NCBI GenBank assembly: GCA_964644845.1
Contig: CAZXXS010000048.1
Location: 19,695 to 83,694, forward strand
DNA length: 64,000 nucleotides
From: an uncultured Cytophagia bacterium
GTDB lineage: Bacteria > Zhuqueibacterota > Zhuqueibacteria > Oleimicrobiales > Geothermoviventaceae
Direction: 5' to 3'
Made by a program: the position numbers and the translations under genes. The notes under the pieces are model-generated. The model was given only the letters and a program-made list of their open reading frames with translations, did not search any database and had not been told where the DNA came from. Below are positions 49,481 to 59,700 of the stretch, in pieces (the stretch's first letter is position 1; every line of letters begins with the position of its first letter).

Positions 49481-50995
49481 TCACGTACGGTTGCTCTGTC
49501 TGCGCACCGGTACGCGAAACTTCTTGATGCGGTAACGCAAACGACTGCGACTGATGCCAAGCCGACGGGCTGCCGCACTCTGGTTCCAGCCCGTGTCCTC
49601 CAGCGCCCGCAGAATCGCCCTTCGTTCAACCTGCCACAGGGGCGGCAGGTCGGTTTCGGAATCGTTGTCCGTCGCACCTTCGTGGCGCAGTTCCGGCGGC
49701 AGGTGTTCCGGCTCAATCCAGTTTGGCCGAAACAGAACCATGGCCCGCTCGATCACATTTTCGAGCTCGCGAACGTTGCCGGGCCATGGGTAGTGCTGCA
49801 GAACCTCGAGCGCTTCCGTGCTTACACCCAGCGTAGCGATGCCAAGCTGACGAGCGAAACGTTGCACGAAGAATTCAGCGAGCAAAGGGATGTCCTCACG
49901 ACGTTCCCGCAGCGGCGGGACGGTGATCGGAACGACGTTGAGCCTGTAGTACAGGTCTTCACGGAAGCGCCCTGCCTCGACTTCTCTGCGCAGGTCGCGA
50001 TTGGTTGCCGCCAGGATTCGTACGTCGGCGTGTAGCGTTTGCGTGCCCCCCACACGCTCGAATTCTTTGAACTGCAAGAGTCGCAGCAGTTTCGCCTGGA
50101 TGGCGGGGCTCAGTTCTCCGATTTCGTCCAGAAAAATGGTCCCACCGTGGGCCAGTTCAAAACGCCCCAGCCGGCGGCTGCTTGCGCCCGTGAACGCCCC
50201 TTTTTCGTGTCCGAACAGCTCGCTCTCCAGCAAAGACTCTGGCAGCGCCGCGCAGTGCACGGCAATGAACGGCGCGTCTCGACGCGGACTCAACTCGTGA
50301 ATTCTCTTGGCCACGAGCTCCTTCCCCGTACCACTTTCACCCAGGATGAGCACCGTGGTCACCGCCGGTGCAACCCGTTCGATCACTTCCAGCACCGCAC
50401 GGATTGCCGGGCTGTCGCCGACGATCACTGTTTCGCCACCTTTCAAGACCCGCCGGTAAGCCTGATTCTCGAGTTGTAAACGGTCGTACAGCCGCGCGTT
50501 CTCAATGGCCACCGCCGCAAGACTGGCGTACGCTTCCACCACCGACACGATGAACTCGTCGCGCAAAAACTCGCTGTCCGGATTCACAAGCTCCAAAGCA
50601 CCGATCACCCTGCCCTTGATCCGCATCGGCACGCAAATCACTGCCTGTGTCCGAAACTTGGTACGTTCGTCCACGCGCGAGTAGAACCGCGGGTCCCGAC
50701 TGACGTCTGGAATTACGAGCGCCTCCTCGTGGGCGATGACCCAGCCAACAATCCCTTTCCCGTACGGCAACCGCACGTCCCGGAGCAGCTCGCTCTTCTC
50801 GCCTGTGGCCGCGCGGAAAACCAGTTCTTGCCTTTCCGGCTCTAGCAGCACAACCGAGCTGCCTTCGGCGCGGAAAACCCGGTTGGCCGACACCATCACA
50901 GCGTGCAGCACGTCGTCCAACGAGCGGCGGGCGTTGATGGAAGCACTGGCTTCCACTAAGCCAAGAAGCATCGAAGATGTCTGCGCTGCTTCCAA
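49481..50995 (-). CDS. sigma54-dependent transcriptional activator with N-terminal GAF sensor (no receiver domain)
   Basis: GAF region, GESGTGKELVA, ESELFGHEKGAFTGA, C-terminal Fis-type HTH (QSAAARRLGISRSRLRYRIKKF). Confidence 0.92.
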   Translation of the reverse strand: MEAAQTSSMLLGLVEASASINARRSLDDVLHAVMVSANRVFRAEGSSVVLLEPERQELVFRAATGEKSELLRDVRLPYGKGIVGWVIAHEEALVIPDVSRDPRFYSRVDERTKFRTQAVICVPMRIKGRVIGALELVNPDSEFLRDEFIVSVVEAYASLAAVAIENARLYDRLQLENQAYRRVLKGGETVIVGDSPAIRAVLEVIERVAPAVTTVLILGESGTGKELVAKRIHELSPRRDAPFIAVHCAALPESLLESELFGHEKGAFTGASSRRLGRFELAHGGTIFLDEIGELSPAIQAKLLRLLQFKEFERVGGTQTLHADVRILAATNRDLRREVEAGRFREDLYYRLNVVPITVPPLRERREDIPLLAEFFVQRFARQLGIATLGVSTEALEVLQHYPWPGNVRELENVIERAMVLFRPNWIEPEHLPPELRHEGATDNDSETDLPPLWQVERRAILRALEDTGWNQSAAARRLGISRSRLRYRIKKFRVPVRRQSNRT

Positions 50996-50998
50996 GGT

Positions 50999-51337
50999 CT
51001 ACTCCAGTGGGCTCAGCTGCATTCGTCGCGCCAGGTAGGCGACGACAAACAAGGTTGTGAGCGCAACCACCAGTGCCACAAGCAGAATGACCACAACCAG
51101 CGTCACCCAGTCCAGTTTGCTGTCTCTGCGACGACCGGTCAGCAGAGGGTCAAGCAGCGTGTCGTAGAGCAACTTTCCGGTGAACAGGACAAGCAGTAAA
51201 ATACCGACGGCGATCCGTGTAAAACTCACGCGTTCCGAGAGCGCGTTCTGCAGCGGCCACAAAAGCCAAATCACCACTGCCCAGCGCACAATTTCCAGAG
51301 GGAAACTCCACCACCGTCTTCTCGGGGACTGGCTCAC
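50999..51337 (-). CDS. small integral membrane protein (3 TM), unknown function
   Basis: 112 aa hydrophobic ORF between yraN and the sigma54 activator, with 4-bp coupled overlaps on both sides. Confidence 0.55.
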   Translation of the reverse strand: MSQSPRRRWWSFPLEIVRWAVVIWLLWPLQNALSERVSFTRIAVGILLLVLFTGKLLYDTLLDPLLTGRRRDSKLDWVTLVVVILLVALVVALTTLFVVAYLARRMQLSPLE

Positions 51338-51717
51338 GCGCTCGTCTCCAAATCCTCTGGCCGAAAAGCATCAACGATGTGCGCGATTCTGGTCGTAGCA
51401 CCTTCGAACCGCACCGTCACCACGTCGAACCGGCACGGCTGATCTTCACAGCCGTTCTCGTACAGGAACCGCTCGGCAGCGCGAAGAAGCCGTTTTTGCT
51501 TTCCGGGCGTTACCCAACCCTCCGGTTCTCCAAAAGACCCACTCCTGGCTGTTTTTACCTCAACGAAGATCAACAGCCCGTCCCGTTCAACCACAAGATC
51601 GATTTCGTCGTGTCCGACGTGCACACGCCGCTTAAGAACACGGTACCCTCGCCGTCGGAGAAACTCTGCCGCGAGGTCCTCCCCACGCCTGCCCAAGTCC
51701 TGAGCCCGACGACTCAC
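51334..51717 (-). CDS. yraN: YraN-family (UPF0102) endonuclease
   Basis: GEDLAAEFLRRRGYRVL.RR......EIDLVVERDG.LIFVEVKTR is the UPF0102 signature. Confidence 0.85.
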   Translation of the reverse strand: MSRRAQDLGRRGEDLAAEFLRRRGYRVLKRRVHVGHDEIDLVVERDGLLIFVEVKTARSGSFGEPEGWVTPGKQKRLLRAAERFLYENGCEDQPCRFDVVTVRFEGATTRIAHIVDAFRPEDLETSA

Positions 51718-52322
51718 AACCGCGCTCCACTGCCTCTGAGAGATCGTACCCTGAAGGACCGCCGGTGAACAGGGCTCAGGCCGAGTCGATGGATTGCCCG
51801 AACGTGATCCTCGGTTGGGTAGCCTTTGTGTTGAGCAAAACCGTAGCCGGGGTACAGGTCGTCCAGCTCACGCATGATCTCGTCGCGCACCACCTTGGCC
51901 ACAATCGAAGCAGCAGCTACCGAGTAGCAACGCTGGTCCCCCTTTACGATGGCGGTGTGCGGCACCGGCAACTGCGACACAGGAAGACCATCCACAAAGA
52001 CGTGTACGGGCACGAACCGCAGTTTGTCCAGAGCGCGCCGCATGGCCAGGTGACTGGCGCGCAGGATGTTCAGGCGATCAATTTCATCCGGGTTTGCCAT
52101 GCCAACCGCCCAGTCCAGCGCACGTTCCGTGATTTGCTGGAAAAGCTCGGCCCGCTTTTCAGGTGTGAGCTGCTTGGAGTCGTTCACGTCCCTCACCAGG
52201 CGCTCAGGTTCAAACACCACCGCAGCCGCGACCACTGGCCCCGCCAGAGGGCCCCTCCCCGCCTCGTCCACACCAGCGACCACCAGGTCGCGCGCCCAGA
52301 AGGGCCTCTCGTAAGCAGTCAT
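51714..52322 (-). CDS. rnhB: ribonuclease HII
   Basis: VAGVDEAGRGPLAGPVVAAAVVF, DSKQL, HKGY are RNase HII motifs. ATG 52322 gives a canonical N-terminus. The track uses the GTG at 52376. Confidence 0.88.
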   Translation of the reverse strand: MTAYERPFWARDLVVAGVDEAGRGPLAGPVVAAAVVFEPERLVRDVNDSKQLTPEKRAELFQQITERALDWAVGMANPDEIDRLNILRASHLAMRRALDKLRFVPVHVFVDGLPVSQLPVPHTAIVKGDQRCYSVAAASIVAKVVRDEIMRELDDLYPGYGFAQHKGYPTEDHVRAIHRLGLSPVHRRSFRVRSLRGSGARL

Positions 52323-52912
52323 TCTCGCCAAACGCAGGGCTTCCCCCAGCTGAAACTGTTCCTCGAGGACATTCACCGCAGAAAGTCTCCGCTTGGTGAT
52401 TTACATCACAAGACCAAGGGTGAAAAACGCTCTTCGAGCGTTGCCCGCCCGTGAAATCAGACCCTTTGCACAAGCGCGTTGCACGTTTAGCCGCCCCAAC
52501 TTACCGGTTCAAGTTAAGACAAATCACCGAAACCCGCAAGGGTGATCCCACCGGTTCAAGCTCAGGGAAGCCCCTCTTCCCTTTTCAGAACGAGGATCTC
52601 TGGTGCGCGGGCGAAACCGGTTGCACGTGTTTCAGCCGTGTGTAACCGGCCCGGCTCCAGTAGCCACCATCGGCGCAGGTGTTTCAGTTTGAGGCAAGTT
52701 GGCCGGGCGGTTCCTTCCTGTCGCCGACTTGCGCTTCCCTCGCTTCGTTACGCTGCGATCCGTGGAAGCGGCGCTCCCTTCTTCAGCCACCACGTACGCG
52801 AGCACAGTCTTGAGTCAAGCGTCGGCATCCGGGCTGCTGGGTCATCGGCAGAAGGGTTGCCCAGAAGCAGGTTGATTTCCCCGGCTTTTGCTGACAACTC
52901 CACGGGGAACCC

Positions 52913-55402
52913 CTAACGCCACTTCTTCACCCGGACTTGCCCACGCCGGACGTCCACGATCACCGCTCCCTCAACGCCGGTCTGGTGAATTGCGGCGCCT
53001 ACCTCCCGCAGCCGCTGGAGAACGCGCTTCGCCGGGAACCCAAAGCGGTTGAACCGGCTGACGGAGATCACAGCCACACCCGGTTTGGACAGCGCCAGAA
53101 AGGCTTGACCGGTTGAGGTGGCACTGCCGTGGTGCGCTACCTTCAGGACGGTGGTGCGCAAAAGCGGCCCGTAAACGGAGAGGCGACTTTCTTCAAGTTG
53201 TTCAGCGTCACCGGTAAAAAGAAATGTCGTGGAATCCAGGCGGACCAGCAAAATCAGAGAAGCGTCGTTCTGGCGGTGCGGGCCACAAGCTGCCGCCAAG
53301 GCAGAGTCCGGGCAGAGAACAACGGCCGCGCACCGGCCAAGCGCGGCCACCGAATCCCCTGCTCGCAGGGTTCGCAGTTGCACGCCAAGGCTGTCCGCTA
53401 CGCGTTTGCCCTCTACCCACCCGGGAGCGTCGGAGGGCACACCGTTCCAGTACACGCAGCCAACCTTCGTGCGTCGCAGAATCGTCGGGAGCCCTCCCAC
53501 GTGGTCCTGGTGCCCGTGAGAAATCAGCACACCGTCCAGGTGCCGAATCCGTTCCCGCTCTAGGTAGGGCAGGATCACCCGTGCCGCCGCGTCGTAGTGC
53601 TCCGTACGCTCGCCGGTGTCAACCAGCAGTGTTTTCCCGCTCCGGGTACGCAAAAGGGCGGCGTCGCCGAGTCCGACGTCGAAGAAAACCACTTCCAGAT
53701 CCGGCGGAGGGAAGAGCACCGGCTCCCAAACGAACCAGTTGAGCACCGCCAAGATTGCCACAGCCGCTGCCACACGGGCCCAGCGTTCGCGAAAAGCTAC
53801 GCTCACCAGAAGAGCGAACCAGACCAGGACCGTCACCCCCACAGGCAGATGGCCTGTGTGGATGGCGCCCAGTCCCAGCTCCTCTGCGGCCTGAGCCAGG
53901 TGTTCCACGAGCCAGAGCCCCACCCAGCACGCCGTGGCCAGGGGCTGGACCACGGGGGGCAGCAAAGCAGCAGCAAGGACAAAAGCAATTCCCAGTGCCA
54001 CAACCACGCCGACGAGTGGAACAACAATCAAATTGGCCGGAAGTGAAAAAACAGGAAAGCGCTCAAAGTAGGCAAGGGTCAAAGGCAGAGTGCCGAGCAG
54101 AGCCGCCAGCGACACTGCACTAAGATCGCGCACCTGGCGCCACAGTCCCCTGGCAGGGACGACCCTGCTGAGGAGCTCGTGGAATCTGGGGTACAGCAGA
54201 GCAATCGAAGCGACAGCGGCAAAAGACAGAAGGAAACCCACCTGTCCAACTTGCTGCGGCTGCCAGATCAGCACGACAAGAGCGGCCAATCCAAGGCCAT
54301 TGAACAGGTCGTAGCGGCGCTGAAAACATTCGGCCAACAAGAAAACCGCGGCCATGATGCTGGCACGCACAACCGGCGGTTTCGCTCCCGTAAGCACAAC
54401 GTAGAACGCCAGCCCGAGCAACACCAAAGGCCAGCGCCAGCGCCAGTTTACCCGGAAAACGGCAGCGAGCCCCGTGAGAACCAGGAGAACGTAGCCCACG
54501 TGCAGTCCGGAAACGGCCAGCACGTGAATCACTCCCAACTCAGCAAAGGCGCGGCGAAGCTCCGGATCCAGCAGCTCTTTCCTGCCAAGTAAGAATCCCT
54601 GCAAGAGTCCCGCTTCGCGCGCGGGTAAGTACGCGAAAATCGTGCGGAGCACAAAGCGTTGCACAGGCGCCACCAGCCTGCTCTTCACAGACCACGCGGT
54701 TCCGCGTGCAAAGCGACGGAGGTACCGTTCGCTGCTGACGTACAGGGTAGCAACGATTCCCCGGGAAAGCAGGTAGGCTCTGTAATCGAAATCCCCCGGG
54801 TTGCGTGGTCCACGTGGTTGGCGAAGACGCCCCCAGACGAGAACCCGATCACCACAGTGGAGCGGTTTCCTCACCCAACGGGGCAAACGCACAAGCACTT
54901 GCGCGCTACTTGCGACCAGCTGGCTGCCCGGAGCGCTGAACCCGCGAACCCGGGCGACAACGTCCCGACTCCCGTCGGCCCTGATGCGCGGCTCCTCGAG
55001 CAACTCACCGCAACACCACGCAGGCAATCCCCGTTTCGCCGCCCCGTGCACAGGATCCCGCAGAAGGACGTCCCGACGGCTCTCCGTCCAAAAGGCCGCG
55101 GACAAAGCAAGCAACAGCAGCAAAGCAAGTTCGGAATGCGGCCGCGCCCAGACCAGAAGAGTGGTCACAGCCAGAAGAATCCCCCCGGCTAACCAGAACC
55201 CGGTTGGCAGCGACAGCCACCTGACAGTCAAGACCCCGAGGGCTACCGCCAGAGCACCAAGCAAAGTCGGTCTGCGACCGAGTGTCCCGGCTAACACGGC
55301 GTCGCCCTCGAACAGGAACTGCACACCGGCTCCCGCAGCTCCGTCAGCAGTTCCGGAAGGATTTTTCCGGCGCACTGTCCGGATGCGACCACGCTGGTCC
55401 AC
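52913..55402 (-). CDS. comEC: DNA internalization competence protein ComEC/Rec2 (membrane competence domain + metallo-beta-lactamase)
   Basis: Polytopic N-region. C-terminal MBL VVFFDVGLGDAALL...ISHGHQDHVGGL. Confidence 0.88.
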   Translation of the reverse strand: MDQRGRIRTVRRKNPSGTADGAAGAGVQFLFEGDAVLAGTLGRRPTLLGALAVALGVLTVRWLSLPTGFWLAGGILLAVTTLLVWARPHSELALLLLLALSAAFWTESRRDVLLRDPVHGAAKRGLPAWCCGELLEEPRIRADGSRDVVARVRGFSAPGSQLVASSAQVLVRLPRWVRKPLHCGDRVLVWGRLRQPRGPRNPGDFDYRAYLLSRGIVATLYVSSERYLRRFARGTAWSVKSRLVAPVQRFVLRTIFAYLPAREAGLLQGFLLGRKELLDPELRRAFAELGVIHVLAVSGLHVGYVLLVLTGLAAVFRVNWRWRWPLVLLGLAFYVVLTGAKPPVVRASIMAAVFLLAECFQRRYDLFNGLGLAALVVLIWQPQQVGQVGFLLSFAAVASIALLYPRFHELLSRVVPARGLWRQVRDLSAVSLAALLGTLPLTLAYFERFPVFSLPANLIVVPLVGVVVALGIAFVLAAALLPPVVQPLATACWVGLWLVEHLAQAAEELGLGAIHTGHLPVGVTVLVWFALLVSVAFRERWARVAAAVAILAVLNWFVWEPVLFPPPDLEVVFFDVGLGDAALLRTRSGKTLLVDTGERTEHYDAAARVILPYLERERIRHLDGVLISHGHQDHVGGLPTILRRTKVGCVYWNGVPSDAPGWVEGKRVADSLGVQLRTLRAGDSVAALGRCAAVVLCPDSALAAACGPHRQNDASLILLVRLDSTTFLFTGDAEQLEESRLSVYGPLLRTTVLKVAHHGSATSTGQAFLALSKPGVAVISVSRFNRFGFPAKRVLQRLREVGAAIHQTGVEGAVIVDVRRGQVRVKKWR

Positions 55403-55573
55403 CGCGAGCTCCGCTTGGGCGCGCAGACCTCAAACGTTCGCCGCAAATGTACAACGCCGAACCTTCGATTTTTCAGCTTGTTAAGACACATCAAAACGCC
55501 CCCGCGTCCAGGGCACAACTCTTGTCAGGTGGAACCAGGAACCTGCCGTGAAGACAACTGACGTGAGTGCGCC

Positions 55574-55846
55574 ATGCTACGACGCCCCGATTGGATGCGA
55601 GAAAAGCTCTGGCCAGAAGAAGTCCTCGAGGTCTTGCGCGAGATCGCCTCTCTCTGTCCCCGCTTACCCGGTGAACCCGAGATCACCGAAGACGACTTCG
55701 ACGTCCGACCGGCCGGTGATTCCTCGGGCTGGTATTTCAGTTGCACAGCCTGCAAAAAACTCCGTTGTGTGGGCTTCGTCCCCCGAAGGAAAAAACAGGA
55801 GCAAAACGGCAGGAACAGCGTCAGCGAGACTCCCCAATTTCTGTGA
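55574..55846 (+). CDS. hypothetical small Cys-containing protein (possible zinc-ribbon CTAC-KKLRC)
   Basis: 90-aa ORF with genome-typical GC3-rich codons in a 650-bp gap. Charged, non-repetitive sequence. No clear RBS. Confidence 0.3.
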   Translation: MLRRPDWMREKLWPEEVLEVLREIASLCPRLPGEPEITEDDFDVRPAGDSSGWYFSCTACKKLRCVGFVPRRKKQEQNGRNSVSETPQFL

Positions 55847-56053
55847 ACCGCAGTTTTCCCCTCCAGGGTGTTTCGCTCGGTTCCTCCCCGAAAATGTCTC
55901 CCGAGCAGTCGACCGTACGTACTTAAGCCGCGACCTGACCTTCTGAAAATCGCTCGCCTGAACCAGGCGTCGATTTCTTAGCCCCTGCCCGCAGCTTGGA
56001 TCAGCACTTCTTCCTACCTTTCACAGTCGGGTCACAACCTGCGGTGCGCCCCT

Positions 56054-56704
56054 TCACTCAGTCCCTGTCCACCGGTGCACCGTCCTTCCGCGTCGCTCCG
56101 CCAACCAGTTCAAGAAGCGTTCCACCTCACGCACAAGGTCCCTGAGCGAGCCTTTGTTCCAGATCACGTAGTCTGCGCGGCGGATTTTCTCCTCGAGCGG
56201 GATCTGCGAATGGTAGCGATCCCAGACTTCCGCTTCGCTGAACCCGTTGCGCTTAGCCACCCTCTGTACCGCCGTGGGCATGTCCGCCGCCACGGTCGCA
56301 ACAACATCAAACAACCCTTCCATCCCGGCCTCGTAGATCACTGCAGCTTCGACAAAGACCGCGAAGGGATTCTCTTTCATCAAGCGGTCCATTTCTTCCC
56401 GGATGGCAGCAATCATTTCTGGGTGAACGATGGCGTTCAGGTCGCGAAGTGCCTTCTCGTCCCGGAACACCAGGCGCGCCAACTCCCTTCGCCTGAGATT
56501 TCCATGTTTGTCGAAAATTCCAGCCCCGAAACGCTGGTGCAAAGCACGTTTAATCTCTTCGGAAGTTTCCGTCAAGTGTCTGGCCACGTGATCCGCGTCA
56601 ATCACAGGGTAACCACGCTCGCGGAGAAACCGGCAAACTTCCGACTTTCCGGTGCCGATGGCCCCGGTGATGCCCACTCTCAGCGTTCGCAGAGGCTCTG
56701 TCAT
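56054..56704 (-). CDS. coaE: dephospho-CoA kinase
   Basis: GITGAIGTGKSEV P-loop with the CoaE fold pattern. 4-bp overlap with the upstream gene. Confidence 0.88.
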   Translation of the reverse strand: MTEPLRTLRVGITGAIGTGKSEVCRFLRERGYPVIDADHVARHLTETSEEIKRALHQRFGAGIFDKHGNLRRRELARLVFRDEKALRDLNAIVHPEMIAAIREEMDRLMKENPFAVFVEAAVIYEAGMEGLFDVVATVAADMPTAVQRVAKRNGFSEAEVWDRYHSQIPLEEKIRRADYVIWNKGSLRDLVREVERFLNWLAERRGRTVHRWTGTE

Positions 56705-59700
56705 CGGACAATCGCCAGCTTGCCGATTTTCCTTTCTTTTCCGCTCCTGGCCAGAAAAAAGTAGACCCCCGAGGCCACAGGCTGGCCGTTTTCAGCGTTT
56801 CCGTCCCAGCTTACACCGCCCCGGCGCTCGCGCGCACGCAGCTCCCGCAGAACGCGGCCGTGTTCATCCAGGATCAGAATCGTGGCTCCTTGCGGCACGC
56901 CCCCGAATGTGATCTTTCCATCGTTCAGACCAGGACGCCAGGGGTTCGGGTAGACCACCAGATCCTCAAGGCCGGTTGCTTCGAAAAACAAATTAACGCG
57001 GTCCCCTAATCCTCTGCGCAGTGGCACGCCGTCCACGCTGCGAACGCCTTCCACGCGGAGACGGTACACCCGCCCAAGAGGGCGCAAGGGTGCGTCTTTG
57101 CTCAACTCCAGAAGTACGGAACGTCCTTCTACGCCAGGTTCTGCCGTAACCACGCGGCCCACCGGTTCCCAGTGGTAGTGCGCCACGTTGCTGAGATCCG
57201 CGGGATTCATCCGCCGGCTGAAGAAGACGCGAACAGCGAACTCGCCGACGCGCTCCGCACGAACGACGTAGGGTGCTGGCGGAACAGGCTCCAGTCGCAC
57301 TTTAGCTTCGCTGTGTTCAGGATCCAGGGGGGTGCCACTGCTGTCAGCCACGCCGAAAACCGAAATGGTCAACTGATCCGTTTCCTCCGGTACGCGGTCC
57401 AGAGAGAGAAGAATCTCGGACATTCGGTAGCTACGCAGAACACTGGTCACGTGGTACTCGGCCCGGACCTTCCCCCTTACCCGGTAGTGGTCGCCGTTCA
57501 ATGCCTCGTCTCCCATGCCGCGATCGAAAATGAGCGCTACCAGACGTTCACTGCGCTGTTCAGCACGGAGTAATCTCGGCGGCTCGTGTGGCTCAACCGG
57601 CGCAGAAAAAGCAATTTGCCCCGTTTCGCCCGCGCCGCTTTTCGGTTGCACAGCGTAGCGGTAGACCTGTGCGGGCAACACCGTGGTGTCCGAAAATGCC
57701 GTGCCCTCAACCTGTGCCACTGTTTGCCAGGTCCCACCCGGTTCCCGTCGAAGAATCCGGTAGACCACTGCCGAGCCAACCGGGGCCCACGTGAGTTTTA
57801 CCAGTCTCTCACGGAGAGGAATGGCCCGCACCCACACCGGTGCTGGCAGCGTCGCACTCAGAGCTGAAAGCTGGAAAAACCGCAGGGAGTCGCCTAAGTT
57901 CACAGCGATTTCAGCCACCCCGTCACCGTCGAAATCCGCTACTTCCGCTAGATTTGTGGCCACATCTGGCAGCTGACCACGCAGTACGGGTTTACCGCGG
58001 GATGGATCGAAATCCACCAGGTAAAGGTCCGGTGCGGCGCAAATCAAGACTTCTTCGTCTCCGTCGCCGTCCAGGTCAGCTGCTGAAACGCCGCTCTGAA
58101 AGCGGCGGTCGCCAAAGTAGCCAGCAAAACGCCACTCCGCCACCAGCTCGTACGACTGTTTCCCCGCGTAGCGGTACACGTGGTAAAGCCAGTGGCGGGT
58201 GTCGAACTCGTGCTCCGAGTTGATGAAGTCGGCGCTGTGCCCTCCCACGATGATTTCGTCCTTCCCGTCTCCGTCCAGATCGGCCATTTCCACGTAGCCC
58301 GACACATCCGGCAGGGGGAGTCTGTCTTGCCAAATCACGTTGAGCCGTCCCTCGCCCGTGAACTCGTACAGAAAGACGTCACCGTCGTTGTCGCCAAAAA
58401 GCAACTCCGGATGTCCGTCACCGTCCGAGTCGCCCACACCGCATTTCGGCACGGCGTACTGGTTTTCACCCTCGGACGGATTCGACATTCGCGCCAGCAG
58501 CCCAAAGCCCCCGTCGTGTAAATTCTCCCACAGCGACCACTGCCCCTGATACCGGGCAACGATTTCCGCCAGCCCGTCCCGGTCGAGATCGGTGAAGCGC
58601 GCAGGCCAGAAATCGCCAACCTTGCGCCACACGGTTGTTAGCTGCTCCGTCTTGGGGTCCAGCCTGAGGACGGCACCCGTGTCACCCCAGCCAGCCAGGA
58701 CCTCCACCACACCATCGCCGTTGGTGTCCGCAGCGTCGCGCGGCAACCAGTGCTCAACAGCCTGGCCTACTCGCTGCCAGGCGTCCACCTGCCAGCGCCA
58801 CACCTGCAGCGTATCCCAGGCCAGTCCCCGCGTCGGCGTGCAGAACAACTCCGGAACCTGGTCGCCAGTGACGTCGGCCGCACGTACGCTCAGGTACCCC
58901 GCAGGCAGAGGAGAGAGGTCCTCAACAAATTGATCGGTCGGAATCCGGTCGGCTCCAAAGTCGTAAACTCTGTAACCAACTTCCGGCGCCATTTCCGTCA
59001 CCTGACCGCGTAGGTTTTGCACGCGGATGCCGTACTCAATTCGGCGATTCATCTGACCCTGGTCCAGGAAAATGTGGTGCTCCGTGGTGAGGTAGCGTAG
59101 CGGGATCTCCGTGAAATCTGCCTGGCTCCCCTGAGGTCGCCACCGAAACCACGCCCGGCACACATCCGTCGTGCGAAAACTGAGCATCGCACCCGGCCAC
59201 GGCCCCTCGATCATCCGCAGAAAGTTGACGTTGCCCACCAGCGGAGCCGACTGGTCCACCACGAAAGAAACGCGGTCTTCCACGGTGTTCCCGCTGCCGT
59301 CCTCGACAACAAGACGCAGCACGTAGGGTCCTTCTCCAAGCCCCTGAAGCGACCAACGGAACAGGGTTGCTTCAACAACGCGTTCCTCTGACGAAGTCAA
59401 AAGTGTCCAGTCGTACGGCACTTGGCCAGCACCGAAGTAGAGACGGTAGCGCACAAAATCCGGGCCGGATGCTGTACCCTTAACCAGCGTCTCGTCACCG
59501 CCTACTGCACTTCCGGCCCGGGGTTCCTGTATCTGTGCGTAGATCTCTGCGCCCGTCGTCAGACTTGCGTAGGCATCGATGCGCCCGGCGCCGTTGTACA
59601 TGTCCCAACCCGGCGGAGGCACATCCACAGCTGTCGTGGCAAGGCGTGCCCGCACTTCCTCAGGCGTGAGTTTTGAGTTCTCAGCGAGAAGGAGCGCCAC

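Noticed and set aside
52377-52912. RNase P RNA in the comEC-rnhB gap
   Set aside because: Only a loose AAGGGUGAAA similarity and a CCGGCUCCAGUAG segment, in the wrong order for RNase P. Reported as unclassified structured region instead.
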